Source of the DNA: Candidatus Woykebacteria bacterium RBG_13_40_15
Lineage (GTDB): Bacteria > Patescibacteriota > Microgenomatia > Woykebacterales > RBG-16-39-9b
Direction of reading: 5' to 3'
Length of the DNA: 64,000 nt
Assembly: GCA_001816655.1 (NCBI GenBank)
Contig: MHCP01000015.1
Span: 96,049-160,048, forward strand
The translations under genes and the position numbers were made by a program. The notes beneath the pieces were generated by a model that saw only the letters and a program-made list of their open reading frames with translations, had not been told where the DNA came from and ran no database searches. This document shows positions 47,683 to 57,433 of this stretch, one piece after another. Position 1 is the first letter of the stretch. Every line of letters starts with the position of its first letter.

Positions 47683-48321
47683 ATGGGACAAAAAGTAGAC
47701 CCAAGAGCAGCGAGACTGACTCTAACACACAACTGGTCATCAAAATGGTTCGCAAAAGATGATAAAAGGTATCGGGAGTTCCTAATAGAGGATTTTCAAA
47801 TCCGAGAGTTAATAATGGGAAAACTACGTAGCTCTGGAGTAAGCCGTGTCTTAATTGAGCGTCCTGTGGGTAAAATAAAAATTACAATTCAAGTTTCCCG
47901 GCCTGGTATGGTTATTGGTCGGGGTGGTAGTGGGGTTGAGGAATTGAGAAAAGCTATAGAAGAAAAAATTGGGAAAAAGGTTTCTTTAGATATCCAAGAG
48001 ATAAAACAATTTGATTTAGATGCCTATTTGGTTGCTCGGGGGATAGCCGATCAAATAGAAAAACGCTACTCAGTAAAAAGGGCAATGATTCAAACTTCAG
48101 AGCGTGTTAAGAGGGTAGGAGCTTTGGGGGTAAAGATTATTTGTTCTGGTAGACTTGGTGGTTCAGAAATTGCCCGCAGAGAAAAAGTAGTTGTGGGTAG
48201 TATTCCAGCATCAACATTGAGAGCAAATATTGATTATGCAAGAGTAGATGCCAAGACGCCAACAGCTGGGGTAGTAGGAGTGAAAGTTTGGATCCATAAA
48301 AAAGAGGAGTCTAAGGAGTAA
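47683..48321 (+). CDS. rpsC: 30S ribosomal protein S3
   Basis: 212 aa with an S3 KH domain. Confidence 0.95.
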   Translation: MGQKVDPRAARLTLTHNWSSKWFAKDDKRYREFLIEDFQIRELIMGKLRSSGVSRVLIERPVGKIKITIQVSRPGMVIGRGGSGVEELRKAIEEKIGKKVSLDIQEIKQFDLDAYLVARGIADQIEKRYSVKRAMIQTSERVKRVGALGVKIICSGRLGGSEIARREKVVVGSIPASTLRANIDYARVDAKTPTAGVVGVKVWIHKKEESKE

Positions 48322-48324
48322 TTT

Positions 48325-48735
48325 ATGCTTCAACCAAAAAGAGTAAAATACAGAATGGCTTTTCGGGGTAATCGAGGTGGGATTGCTACAAAGGGAAGTT
48401 TAATTGAGTTTGGCGAATTTGCCTTGAAATCAATGGATAGCGCTTGGGTTTCCGCCCGTCAAATAGAAGCGGCTAGAAGAGCTATGACTCACTATACGAA
48501 GCGAGGAGGGCGGATTTGGATACGAGTTTTTCCTGATAAACCAGTTAGCAAAAAACCGCCAGAAACAAGAATGGGTTCTGGAAAGGGAGCGGTTGACCAC
48601 TACGTTGCAGTGATAAAGCCGGGGACAATACTTTTTGAGATGGGTGGAGTTTCTTTGGAAATTGCTTCTGAAGCGATGAGGCGAGCAGCGGCAAAATTAC
48701 CAGTTGAAGTTAAATTTATTAAAAAAGAGGAGTAA
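48325..48735 (+). CDS. rplP: 50S ribosomal protein L16
   Basis: 136 aa, L16 family. Confidence 0.95.
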   Translation: MLQPKRVKYRMAFRGNRGGIATKGSLIEFGEFALKSMDSAWVSARQIEAARRAMTHYTKRGGRIWIRVFPDKPVSKKPPETRMGSGKGAVDHYVAVIKPGTILFEMGGVSLEIASEAMRRAAAKLPVEVKFIKKEE

Positions 48736-48742
48736 TTTTTGA

Positions 48743-48943
48743 ATGACTAAAAAAGATACCGATTACAATCAAAAAGAAATTGGAGAATTAAATAAAATGT
48801 TAGAAGAAAAAGACAAAGAGCTTTTAGAATCAAGGCAGTCTTTAGCCCAAAGAAAGTTAAAGAACGTTCATGAACCGACAAAAATACGTTGCGAGATCGC
48901 TAGAATAAAAACCGCTTTAACTAGAAAGGAATTGGGGGTATAA
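48743..48943 (+). CDS. rpmC: 50S ribosomal protein L29
   Basis: 66 aa, helical, in the L29 position. Confidence 0.85.
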   Translation: MTKKDTDYNQKEIGELNKMLEEKDKELLESRQSLAQRKLKNVHEPTKIRCEIARIKTALTRKELGV

Positions 48944-49168
48944 ATGGATTTTATTGGCAGAGTAACTAGTATCAATATGCAAAAAACAGCAATGGTCGAA
49001 ATAGAGCGTTTTGTTACACACCCCCTATATAAGAAGAGGATACGACGCAGCTCAAAGTTTAAAGTACATGATGAAATTGGAGTAAAGCCTGGCGATAAAG
49101 TTAAAATTGCTACGACTAGGCCAATTTCTAAAGATAAGCATTTTAGAATTGTTGAGGTAATTAAGTAA
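48944..49168 (+). CDS. rpsQ: 30S ribosomal protein S17
   Basis: 74 aa, S17 family. Confidence 0.93.
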   Translation: MDFIGRVTSINMQKTAMVEIERFVTHPLYKKRIRRSSKFKVHDEIGVKPGDKVKIATTRPISKDKHFRIVEVIK

Positions 49169-49536
49169 TGATACAGCATAGAAGTATTTTAAATATCGCG
49201 GATAATAGTGGTGCAAAGAAAGTAATGATGATTGGGATGTCTGGTAGAAGTAAACAACGTTTTGCACGTCTTGGGGATATTATCACCGGTGTTGTTAAAA
49301 AATCGGATCCTCAAGGAAGTGTTAAAGAGTCGGAAGTAGTTAAAACGATAATCGTTAGGACAAAAAAAGAAACCCGAAGAAGCGATGGTTCTTACGTTCG
49401 TTTTGATGAAAATGCGGCTGTGGTAATTGATGACAGCGGAAATCCTCGTGGCAGCAGAATTTTTGGGCCAGTAGCAAGGGAGGTTCGCGAGAAAGGATTT
49501 ATAAAAATAGCATCCCTAGCACCGGAGGTAATTTAG
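49168..49536 (+). CDS. rplN: 50S ribosomal protein L14
   Basis: 122 aa ([13 protein letters not shown]). Confidence 0.97.
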   Translation: MIQHRSILNIADNSGAKKVMMIGMSGRSKQRFARLGDIITGVVKKSDPQGSVKESEVVKTIIVRTKKETRRSDGSYVRFDENAAVVIDDSGNPRGSRIFGPVAREVREKGFIKIASLAPEVI

Positions 49537-49839
49537 ATGAAAATAAAAGTCGGAGATGAAGTAGTAATACTACAAGGTAAAGATAAAGGTAGAACCGGAA
49601 AAGTGGAAAAAAGCTTTTTTAGGAAAGAAGAAATTCTCGTTTCTGGAATAAATATTTTTAAAAAACATTCTAAGAAGCGGGGGAATGTAAGAGGGGGCAT
49701 TATTGATATTACTGTGCCGTTGCCAATATCAAAAGTGGCATTAGTATGCCCAAAATGCAAGCTGCCAACAAAGGTCGCCTTTTCACTTGTTGATAAACAA
49801 AAAGTAAGGGTGTGCAAAAAATGCAAACAGCTAATTTGA
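49537..49839 (+). CDS. rplX: 50S ribosomal protein L24 (with C-terminal 4-Cys Zn-ribbon-like tail)
   Basis: KOW motif (MKIKVGDEVVILQGKDKGRTGKV). C-terminal CPKC...CKKC tail. Confidence 0.9.
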   Translation: MKIKVGDEVVILQGKDKGRTGKVEKSFFRKEEILVSGINIFKKHSKKRGNVRGGIIDITVPLPISKVALVCPKCKLPTKVAFSLVDKQKVRVCKKCKQLI

Positions 49840-50399
49840 AAGAAAAATATATAAAGGAAGTTAGACCAAAGTTAAAAGATACCTTAGGGCTTAAAAACAC
49901 CTATTCTGTACCGGCAATAGAAAAAATAGTTGTAAATACTGGTTTTGGAAAGCTTTCCCCAGATCAAAAAGCTATGGAACAAATTGCATCAGAGATTGAA
50001 AAAATAACAGGTCAAAAGGTAATTTTCACCCGGGCCCGCAAAGCAATCGCAAGTTTTAAGACTAGAAAAGGACAAATAATTGGTGCCAAAGTTACATTGA
50101 GAGGAGAAAAAATGTACCATTTCCTTGAAAAATTAATTGCAATCGTTTTACCGAGAATAAGGGATTTTAAAGGGGTGGATATTAAATCCTTTGACAAGCA
50201 GGGGAATTATACTTTAGGATTTAGAGAAATTAATGTTTTTCCAGAAGTAGAATATACTGCTCGGGCCGAGAAAAAAATTGGATTAGAAATAGTAATTTGC
50301 ACAACGGCTAAAAACGATGATGACGCAAAAGCGCTTTTATCTGAATATGGAGTTCCTTTTAAAAACCTGAAGTCGAAAAGAGATAAAATTAATGGCTAA
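49821..50399 (+). CDS. rplE: 50S ribosomal protein L5
   Basis: Likely start is [10 protein letters not shown] at 49821. L5 family. Confidence 0.93.
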   Translation: MQTANLKEKYIKEVRPKLKDTLGLKNTYSVPAIEKIVVNTGFGKLSPDQKAMEQIASEIEKITGQKVIFTRARKAIASFKTRKGQIIGAKVTLRGEKMYHFLEKLIAIVLPRIRDFKGVDIKSFDKQGNYTLGFREINVFPEVEYTARAEKKIGLEIVICTTAKNDDDAKALLSEYGVPFKNLKSKRDKING

Positions 50400-50577
50400 G
50401 AAATCAAAGATTGTAAAAGCTAATAGAAAACAAAAATTTAATGTTAGAGATAAAAACCGATGCAACCTTTGTGGTCGCCCACGGGCTTATATGAGAAAAT
50501 TTGGGGTTTGCAGAATTTGTTTTAGACAACTTGCTCACAAGGGAGAAATTCCTGGCCTGGTTAAAGCTAGTTGGTAA
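50392..50577 (+). CDS. rpsN: 30S ribosomal protein S14 (type Z, zinc-binding)
   Basis: 61 aa with CNLCGR...CRIC. Confidence 0.93.
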   Translation: MAKKSKIVKANRKQKFNVRDKNRCNLCGRPRAYMRKFGVCRICFRQLAHKGEIPGLVKASW

Positions 50578-50585
50578 AGGATATT

Positions 50586-50963
50586 ATGAATAGTATTGCT
50601 GACATGACCACAATTATTAGAAATGGGTATCTTGCACGAAAAAGAAGTGTCGATTTACCATACTCAAAATCAAAAAATGATATTGCTAAAAAACTACTTG
50701 AGATTGGTTTTTTGGAAGCACTTGAATCAAAAGATAAAAAGACCTTGAAAATTTTACTTCGCTATAATAATAATGAACCAGCAATCAAAGGCATAGAACT
50801 AATCTCGAAACCATCTCTACGGGTGTACGCTTCCTCTAAAGCGATACCAAAAGTATTAAGCGGCCTTGGTGAGGTAGTTATTTCTACCAACAAGGGTATC
50901 TTGACCGGAGCGGAGGCTAGAAAAATGAAAAGTGGTGGGGAGTTAATTTTGAAAGTGTGGTAA
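50586..50963 (+). CDS. rpsH: 30S ribosomal protein S8
   Basis: Likely start is MNSIADM (the ORF track starts at 50571). S8 family. Confidence 0.93.
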   Translation: MNSIADMTTIIRNGYLARKRSVDLPYSKSKNDIAKKLLEIGFLEALESKDKKTLKILLRYNNNEPAIKGIELISKPSLRVYASSKAIPKVLSGLGEVVISTNKGILTGAEARKMKSGGELILKVW

Positions 50964-50966
50964 TTT

Positions 50967-51524
50967 ATGAGCAGAATCGGTAGAAAACCAATATCAATAC
51001 CAGAAACTGTAAACGTTGAAATCAATCATAAGGTATTGGTAAAGGGGCCACTGGGGGAGCTAAATCAAAAAATTCCAAGGGGTATTAAGGTTGAACAAAA
51101 TGATAATATGTTGGTAGTTTCAGCCCAAAAAGAAGATAAGCAGACTAAAGCTTTCCATGGTCTAATAAGAAAGTTGATTGCTAATATGATAGAAGGTGTT
51201 ACAGTAGGGTTCAAGAAACGCTTGGAATTGATAGGAATTGGGTATCGAGCAAACTTGTCCGGGGACAAACTAGTACTATCCCTAGGTTTTTCCCACCCCG
51301 TTGAGATAAAACCAGTAGAGGGTATAGATTTTTCTGTTTCTGATAACAAAATTACAGTCTCTGGAATTAATAAAGAATTAGTAGGTAGAATAGCGGCGGA
51401 AATCAGAACTACACGGCCCCCGGACGCCTATAAAGGTAAAGGCATTCGTTATGAGGGGGAAATTGTTAAGTTAAAACCAGGAAAGGCAGCTAAGACTAGC
51501 GTAGGATCTGTAGCCGAGGCGTAA
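50967..51524 (+). CDS. rplF: 50S ribosomal protein L6
   Basis: 185 aa (MSRIGRKPI). Confidence 0.95.
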   Translation: MSRIGRKPISIPETVNVEINHKVLVKGPLGELNQKIPRGIKVEQNDNMLVVSAQKEDKQTKAFHGLIRKLIANMIEGVTVGFKKRLELIGIGYRANLSGDKLVLSLGFSHPVEIKPVEGIDFSVSDNKITVSGINKELVGRIAAEIRTTRPPDAYKGKGIRYEGEIVKLKPGKAAKTSVGSVAEA

Positions 51525-51526
51525 AT

Positions 51527-51871
51527 ATGCAAGAAAAAGCACGTGAACGAAGAAAAAAATCTGTTAGAAATATAATAATCGGTACTAAAGAGCGACCTCG
51601 TCTTAATGTTTTTAGATCGAGCAAACACATTTACGCTTCGTTGATAGATGATGGTTCTAGGAACACTATTTTTACCGTTGGTGAGTCAAATATTAAGACT
51701 AAAGAAAAAATAACGAAATCAGAGAAAGCCTTTCTGGTAGGTAAGCAGATTGCTAATATAGCTTTGAAAAAAGGTATAAAAAAGGTCGTTTTTGACCGCA
51801 GTGGTTATCTTTATCATGGGCGGGTACAAAAAATTGCTGAAGGAGCAAGAGAAGGGGGCTTAAAGTTTTAA
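51527..51871 (+). CDS. rplR: 50S ribosomal protein L18
   Basis: 114 aa, L18 family. Confidence 0.93.
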   Translation: MQEKARERRKKSVRNIIIGTKERPRLNVFRSSKHIYASLIDDGSRNTIFTVGESNIKTKEKITKSEKAFLVGKQIANIALKKGIKKVVFDRSGYLYHGRVQKIAEGAREGGLKF

Positions 51872-51883
51872 TAAGGTATTTTT

Positions 51884-52495
51884 ATGGCAGAATATAATAC
51901 TGAAAACGAGTTTGAAGAGAAAATAGTTCAAGTGAATAGGGTTTCGAAAAAAACTGCGGGGGGAAACAAAATTGGATTTTCCGTATTGGTGGTTGTTGGT
52001 GACAGAGACGGGCGTGTAGGGGTCGGTTTAGGCAAGGCACCTGGTGTGCAAGACGCAATTAAAAAAGGAGCTACGTATGCTAAAAAACACCTACTTATTG
52101 TGCCTATGGTAGAGACAACGATTCCCCATGAAGTTTTTATAAAGCGCGGCGCAGCAAAAGTTTTGCTAAAGCCAGCGGCCAAAGGCACTGGGGTAATAGC
52201 TGGTGGGGCTGTTAGAGCTGTGGTTGAAGCCGCTGGAATCAGAGATATTTTGTCAAAAGTTTTAGGGACTTCCAATCAAGCCTCGAACGTCTACGCTACC
52301 TTAGAAGCTCTTAGAGAGTTGAGACCGTTAGCTAGTAAAGAAAAAGTTTTAGGTAAAGAGGATCGTAAAGGCGAAAAAGAGGCCAGTAAATTAATGGAAA
52401 AAGACAGGCAGAGTGTGAATAAATCCCAAAAAAATAAAACCAAACCAAAAAACCAGCCAAAGACCAAGAAGGAAAGCAAAAATGGACCTAAATAA
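51884..52495 (+). CDS. rpsE: 30S ribosomal protein S5 (with K-rich C-terminal extension)
   Basis: S5 dsRBD and C-terminal domain, followed directly by rplO with no rpmD (L30) in between. Confidence 0.95.
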   Translation: MAEYNTENEFEEKIVQVNRVSKKTAGGNKIGFSVLVVVGDRDGRVGVGLGKAPGVQDAIKKGATYAKKHLLIVPMVETTIPHEVFIKRGAAKVLLKPAAKGTGVIAGGAVRAVVEAAGIRDILSKVLGTSNQASNVYATLEALRELRPLASKEKVLGKEDRKGEKEASKLMEKDRQSVNKSQKNKTKPKNQPKTKKESKNGPK

Positions 52496-52919
52496 ACTGC
52501 CAAAAATCAAACAGAGAGCAAAAAAAAGACTCGGTAGAGGTGAATCTTCTGGAAAAGGCAAAACCAGTGGTCGTGGAGCAAAAGGGCAGAAAAAACGGGA
52601 GAATGTAAAAGTAGGTTTTGAGGGAGGCCAGCTGCCCCTACAAAAAAGACTCCCGCAAAAAAGAGGCGTAGGTAATAGAATAAAATTTCCAGTAATTGCG
52701 ATTACTACAGCACAATTGAATAAACTGTTAGCAAAATCTATTGTGGACGAAAAAACCTTGAGGAAAGAAGGCCTCATTCCAAAAAGCCGTCGGAAAATAA
52801 AAATTATTGCAGGAGGTAAATTAGAAAAAGTCTTGAAGGTTACACTACCAACGACCAAATCAGCCAAAAATATTATTGAAAAGGCTGGAGGCACAACTAC
52901 TTATGAGAGTTCTGATTAA
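52482..52919 (+). CDS. rplO: 50S ribosomal protein L15
   Basis: 145 aa with a GRG-rich N-terminus. Confidence 0.93.
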   Translation: MDLNKLPKIKQRAKKRLGRGESSGKGKTSGRGAKGQKKRENVKVGFEGGQLPLQKRLPQKRGVGNRIKFPVIAITTAQLNKLLAKSIVDEKTLRKEGLIPKSRRKIKIIAGGKLEKVLKVTLPTTKSAKNIIEKAGGTTTYESSD

Positions 52920-54180
52920 TATTTGGAACGCACCGGATCTGCGAAAAAAAATTCTTTTCACGGTTTTCATCATTATCGTCTTTAGATTAATTACGTACAT
53001 CCCACTTCCAGGTGTGGATGTACTAGCTCTAAGGAGCCTTTTTTCAGGCAGTCAAATCTTTCAATTATTGGATCTTTTTTCCGGCGGTACCCTTTTTAAT
53101 TTTTCAATAGTTACTTTAGGGTTAAATCCCTACATAAACGCCTCGATTATCTTTTCGTTATTGACGAATGTTGTACCAAAACTTGAAGAACTACAAAAAG
53201 AGGGGGAATACGGGCGAGCAAAAATAAATCAATATACTAGATATTTAACGGTACCGTTGGCTTTTACTCAATCTTGGGGTGTTTTGATTTTCTTTCAACG
53301 TAGCGGAACAGGACTTTTAACCCACTTATCACCCCTAGAACTCGCCACTATAATAATCGCTATGACTTGTGGGTCAGTCGTTTTAATGTGGTTTGGGGAG
53401 TTAATTACAGAATATGGGATTGGTAATGGAATCTCCATTTTGATTTTCGCAGGAATATTGGCTAGACTTCCGGTTTCGCTAGTGCGCACCACAACTATAT
53501 TCACTGCGGAAAATGCACTTAATATTTTGCTTATTTTGGTATTAGCGTTGGTGGTAATTGGAGCGATTGTAGTGATAAATGAAGCCCACCGTCGAGTTCT
53601 AGTACAGTACGCAAGAAGGGTGAGGGGAGATCGGTCTTATGGCGGAGGTTCTACTCACCTACCGATCCGTATTAACCAAGCAGGCGTTATTCCAATCATA
53701 TTTGCAATTTCGATTATTTTATTTCCTGGGATGTTAGCTACATTTTTTGCAACCTCTGCAAACCCAGCAGTTGCTAACGCTGCCAAGGCGGTAAGCGATT
53801 TTTTCAATAATACTACATACTACTCTATTATTTATTTCTTCCTCGTTTTGATTTTTACGTATTTTTACACCGCTATTACTTTCCAACCAACTAAAATTGC
53901 AGATGATCTGCGAAAATACGGGGGTTTCATTCCAGGTATCCGGCCGGGCCATGCAACAAGTGATTATCTGTCGTATATTATCAATAGAATTACTCTTATT
54001 GGTGGGATTTTCTTAGGAGTTGTTGCGGTTCTACCCTTTGTAGTTACAGGTGTAACGAATGTTTCCACATTGGCAATTGGTGGTACGGGTTTATTAATTG
54101 TTGTTTCAGTTGTTTTAGAGACCGCTAAACAGTTGGAAAGTCAACTCGTAATGAGAAGCTACGAAGGATTTTTACATTAA
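52903..54180 (+). CDS. secY: Preprotein translocase SecY
   Basis: 10 TM helices. Likely start is MRVLINIW at 52903 (the ORF track starts at 52876). Confidence 0.95.
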   Translation: MRVLINIWNAPDLRKKILFTVFIIIVFRLITYIPLPGVDVLALRSLFSGSQIFQLLDLFSGGTLFNFSIVTLGLNPYINASIIFSLLTNVVPKLEELQKEGEYGRAKINQYTRYLTVPLAFTQSWGVLIFFQRSGTGLLTHLSPLELATIIIAMTCGSVVLMWFGELITEYGIGNGISILIFAGILARLPVSLVRTTTIFTAENALNILLILVLALVVIGAIVVINEAHRRVLVQYARRVRGDRSYGGGSTHLPIRINQAGVIPIIFAISIILFPGMLATFFATSANPAVANAAKAVSDFFNNTTYYSIIYFFLVLIFTYFYTAITFQPTKIADDLRKYGGFIPGIRPGHATSDYLSYIINRITLIGGIFLGVVAVLPFVVTGVTNVSTLAIGGTGLLIVVSVVLETAKQLESQLVMRSYEGFLH

Positions 54181-54184
54181 AACT

Positions 54185-54718
54185 ATGAATATAATTGTAT
54201 TTGGAGCCCAAGGAACAGGAAAAAGCACCTACGCGAGGTATATAGCGGAGAAGCTATGTGTACCATATGTGTATTCCGGTGATTTGTTTCGCCAAATGAG
54301 CAGTGGGAATACTCCCCTTGGGAAAAAAATTAGAGATTATGTTTCACAGGGTCTTTTGGTGCCGGATGAGATTGTAATTTCAGCGGTTATAGATTGCTTA
54401 AAAAAAAGTGATTTATCAAATGGAATTGTTTTCGATGGGTTTCCTAGAAATCTAAAGCAGGCGAAAGCTTTGCCTACCGATATTGATTTAGTCATTCATA
54501 TAACGCTTCCAGAAAAAATAATTTTAGAGAGGTTGTTGAAGAGAGGCAGGTCTGATGACACCATCGAGACAATAAGAAAGAGGCTGGAGATTTATTCAAA
54601 TGAAACAGCGCCTCTACTAAAGTTTTACCAAGAGAACGGAGTAAAGATAATTGAGATTGATAATACTCCTCCAATTGGAGTTGTAAAAAGACAAATAGAT
54701 GATCTACTTAAAAAATAG
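54185..54718 (+). CDS. adk: Adenylate kinase (short form)
   Basis: P-loop GAQGTGKST. The LID region appears reduced. In the canonical position after secY. Confidence 0.8.
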   Translation: MNIIVFGAQGTGKSTYARYIAEKLCVPYVYSGDLFRQMSSGNTPLGKKIRDYVSQGLLVPDEIVISAVIDCLKKSDLSNGIVFDGFPRNLKQAKALPTDIDLVIHITLPEKIILERLLKRGRSDDTIETIRKRLEIYSNETAPLLKFYQENGVKIIEIDNTPPIGVVKRQIDDLLKK

Positions 54719-55451
54719 AAAAGAGTTGGAAATAATGAAGAAAGCTGGGCAGATTGCGAAATTTGCTATGGATGAGGTATCAAAGAATATTATTCCTGGA
54801 GAGAAAACAGCATCTCTGGATAGAATAGCCGAAAGATTAATAGAAAGTTATGGAGCAGAGAGCTCTTTTAAAAAAGTCGAAAATTATAATTATACGACTT
54901 GTATAACACCAAACGAATTAATCGTTCACGGTGTACCGGGAGATTATATTTTGAAAGAAGGCAATATTTTAGGGGTAGATCTTGGAGCTTACTACAACGG
55001 TTTTCACTCTGATATGTCCACCACATTTCCCGTAGGTAAAATAGCTAAGGAAACCGAGAGATTTTTGATGGTAGGTAGGAAGGCATTAAAAAGGGCGATA
55101 AAAAAAGTCAAGGTGGGAAATTCCATAGGGGACATTAGCGAAACCATCCAAAACGAAGTTGAAAGCGCTGGTTATTTTATCGTTAGGGAATTTTCTGGTC
55201 ATGGTATAGGGAAGGATTTACACGAAGACCCTCTTATCCCAGGTTTTGGGAAATCAGGGACTGGTGAAAAGATCCAAGAGGGAATGGTTTTTGCTATTGA
55301 GGTAATTTATAGCCAAAGAAGATCGACAATAAAATTACTTCCTGATGGGTGGTCGGTATCTACTTCCGATAGTTCTTTGGCAGGTCTATTCGAACACACA
55401 GTAGCGGCGACCAAAAAAGGACCCTTGGTGTTGACGGAGAGGTTAAATTAA
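54699..55451 (+). CDS. map: Methionine aminopeptidase type I
   Basis: 250 aa with MetAP metal-ligand motifs (FSGHGIG..H). Confidence 0.9.
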   Translation: MIYLKNRKELEIMKKAGQIAKFAMDEVSKNIIPGEKTASLDRIAERLIESYGAESSFKKVENYNYTTCITPNELIVHGVPGDYILKEGNILGVDLGAYYNGFHSDMSTTFPVGKIAKETERFLMVGRKALKRAIKKVKVGNSIGDISETIQNEVESAGYFIVREFSGHGIGKDLHEDPLIPGFGKSGTGEKIQEGMVFAIEVIYSQRRSTIKLLPDGWSVSTSDSSLAGLFEHTVAATKKGPLVLTERLN

Positions 55452-55463
55452 TGATAAAATCCG

Positions 55464-55730
55464 TTGGGCGCAAAAGGCGCTAGTTTTGTTATGGAAAAAG
55501 ATATTTTTTTGATATCTGGCAAAGTGCTGGAAAGCTTACCTAATACGATGTTCAAGGTCGAAATAGACGGAGGTGAGCTACCCAAATTAAAAGGCACGAC
55601 AATCCTTTGCCACATAGCAGGGAAAATGAGAATGCATTATATTAAAATTTTGCCGGGGGATAAAGTAAGAATTCAAGTATCACCTTATGATTTAAGTAAG
55701 GGTAGGATAATTTATAGAGATAATAATTAA
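55464..55730 (+). CDS. infA: Translation initiation factor IF-1
   Basis: S1-like OB fold. The likely true start is the internal MEKD at 55494. Confidence 0.88.
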   Translation: MGAKGASFVMEKDIFLISGKVLESLPNTMFKVEIDGGELPKLKGTTILCHIAGKMRMHYIKILPGDKVRIQVSPYDLSKGRIIYRDNN

Positions 55731-55734
55731 ATTT

Positions 55735-55848
55735 ATGAAAGTACAAGCTTCAATCAAAAAAAGGTGCTCAAAATGTCAAATTGTAAAGCGTAGGCGGTGC
55801 CTTTATGTGATTTGTGAGAACCCAAGGCACAAACAGAGGCAAGGTTAA
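55735..55848 (+). CDS. rpmJ: 50S ribosomal protein L36
   Basis: 37-aa [37 protein letters not shown]. Below the ORF-track length cutoff, so found by eye. Confidence 0.9.
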   Translation: MKVQASIKKRCSKCQIVKRRRCLYVICENPRHKQRQG

Positions 55849-55851
55849 TTC

Positions 55852-56268
55852 ATGGCAAGAATTTCTGGTGTAGAGCTACCGAGCAATCAAAAAGTATTAT
55901 ACGCACTTCCTGTAATTTATGGGGTGGGGTTTACTTTGGCAAAGAAAATAATTGAAGCTGCCAAAATACCAATTGATAAAAAAACAAATGATTTAAAGGA
56001 AGAAGAGGTATTAAGATTGCAAAAAGAAGTCGAGAAATATCCAGTTGAAGGGGAATTAAGACGGCTCGTTAGCCAAAATATAAGAAGATTAGAGGATATA
56101 AGTTCATATAGAGGTTTGAGGCATAGAAGGGGACTTCCTGTGAGAGGGCAGCGGACTAGGAGTAATGCCAGGACAAAAAGAGGAAATAGGCAAACGGTTG
56201 GTGCGATAAAGAAGGATATGAAAGCAGTAGCAGCAAAATCAGAAAGTAACGAGAAAGGAGCTAGCTAA
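55852..56268 (+). CDS. rpsM: 30S ribosomal protein S13
   Basis: 138 aa (MARISGV.LP). Confidence 0.95.
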   Translation: MARISGVELPSNQKVLYALPVIYGVGFTLAKKIIEAAKIPIDKKTNDLKEEEVLRLQKEVEKYPVEGELRRLVSQNIRRLEDISSYRGLRHRRGLPVRGQRTRSNARTKRGNRQTVGAIKKDMKAVAAKSESNEKGAS

Positions 56269-56276
56269 TTTAAACC

Positions 56277-56654
56277 ATGGCTAAAAGTCTGAAAAAAGCA
56301 AGTAAAGATCTATCTTTAGCGAAAATATTTATAAATGCGACTTTTAATAACACAATGGTTACTGTAACCGATGCAAAAGGTAATACTATTGCTTGGGGTA
56401 GTGGAGGAACAATGGGGTTTAAAGGAGCTCGTAAATCTACACCTTACGCTGCGACAACTGCAGTTGAAGCTATTGCCAAAAAAGCCTTGGCTGCTGGTGT
56501 TCGTGATGCCGAAGTTTATATAAAAGGCCCTGGATCGGGTAGAGAGGCCGCCGTAAGAGCCTTACGAAACAGCGGCTTTAATATAAGAGTAATCGCAGAC
56601 ATCACACCCATCCCTCATAATGGACCAAGAGCGAGAAAGCGAAGGCGCGTTTAA
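56277..56654 (+). CDS. rpsK: 30S ribosomal protein S11
   Basis: 125 aa, S11 family. Confidence 0.95.
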   Translation: MAKSLKKASKDLSLAKIFINATFNNTMVTVTDAKGNTIAWGSGGTMGFKGARKSTPYAATTAVEAIAKKALAAGVRDAEVYIKGPGSGREAAVRALRNSGFNIRVIADITPIPHNGPRARKRRRV

Positions 56655-56657
56655 AAT

Positions 56658-57284
56658 ATGGCTAGGTATTTAGGACCAAAATTTAGGTTAGATAGGCGAG
56701 AAGGAACGAACCTTTTTCTAAAGGGAAAGAGGAGCACTTCTCCAAAGCATCCAATTGAAAAAAAAGGCGCAGTACCTCCTGGTCAACACGGGACATCTAA
56801 GTTAAGAAGAAAAGTTTCAGATTTTGGGCTGCAACTTCGGGAAAAACAAAAAGTTAAAAGGATATATGGATTACTTGAGCGCCAGTTTAAACGTTGTTTT
56901 ACCGAAGCATCGAAAGAGGTTGGCAATACTGGAGAGGCACTTTTTAGGTTGCTAGAAACAAGGCTTGATAATGTAGTATACAGACTCGCGTTTGCCCCCT
57001 CTAGGGCAGCGGCTCGTCAGCTTGTTACCCATGGTCATGTGTTAGTAAACGGTAAGAAAACTAGTATACCATCTTACAATTTGAAAGTTGGGGATGTAAT
57101 TGCCCTTTCGGAGAAAGGGCAAGGATTGCCAGGTACGAAAGAAAGCCTGGAACTTAGAGGCGACCAGCTCCCATCTTGGTTGAGTAGGCAGGCTTTAGTT
57201 GGTAAGATTAAGTCCATACCAAGCAGCGAAGATTTAGATACAACTATCGATAAACAGCTAATTATTGAATGGTACTCTCGTTAA
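56658..57284 (+). CDS. rpsD: 30S ribosomal protein S4
   Basis: 208 aa (MARYLGPK). Confidence 0.95.
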   Translation: MARYLGPKFRLDRREGTNLFLKGKRSTSPKHPIEKKGAVPPGQHGTSKLRRKVSDFGLQLREKQKVKRIYGLLERQFKRCFTEASKEVGNTGEALFRLLETRLDNVVYRLAFAPSRAAARQLVTHGHVLVNGKKTSIPSYNLKVGDVIALSEKGQGLPGTKESLELRGDQLPSWLSRQALVGKIKSIPSSEDLDTTIDKQLIIEWYSR

Positions 57285-57290
57285 AGTTAT

Positions 57291-57325
57291 ATCTCGCTAA
57301 GAGATATATACGCGAGATTTAATCT
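57291..57325. repeat. Hairpin plus AGATTTAATCT palindromic element (copy 2)
   Basis: ATCTCGC-(14-nt loop)-GCGAGAT-TTAATCTTGCG, between rpsD and rpoA. Confidence 0.5.
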
Positions 57326-57367
57326 TGCGTAGGAGTGTTGCGACGCAGAAAGCTTTAGCTTTCTCTT

Positions 57368-57408
57368 ATATCTTGCAGAGAAACAAGCGCAAGATGTAAT
57401 CTTGTGAT
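57368..57408. repeat. Hairpin plus AGATGTAATCT palindromic element (copy 3)
   Basis: ATATCTTGC-(12-nt loop)-GCAAGAT-GTAATCTTGTGATTAT, about 25 nt before the rpoA ATG. Confidence 0.5.
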
Positions 57409-57433
57409 TATTAAAAACTTTTAAGGAGGTTTT

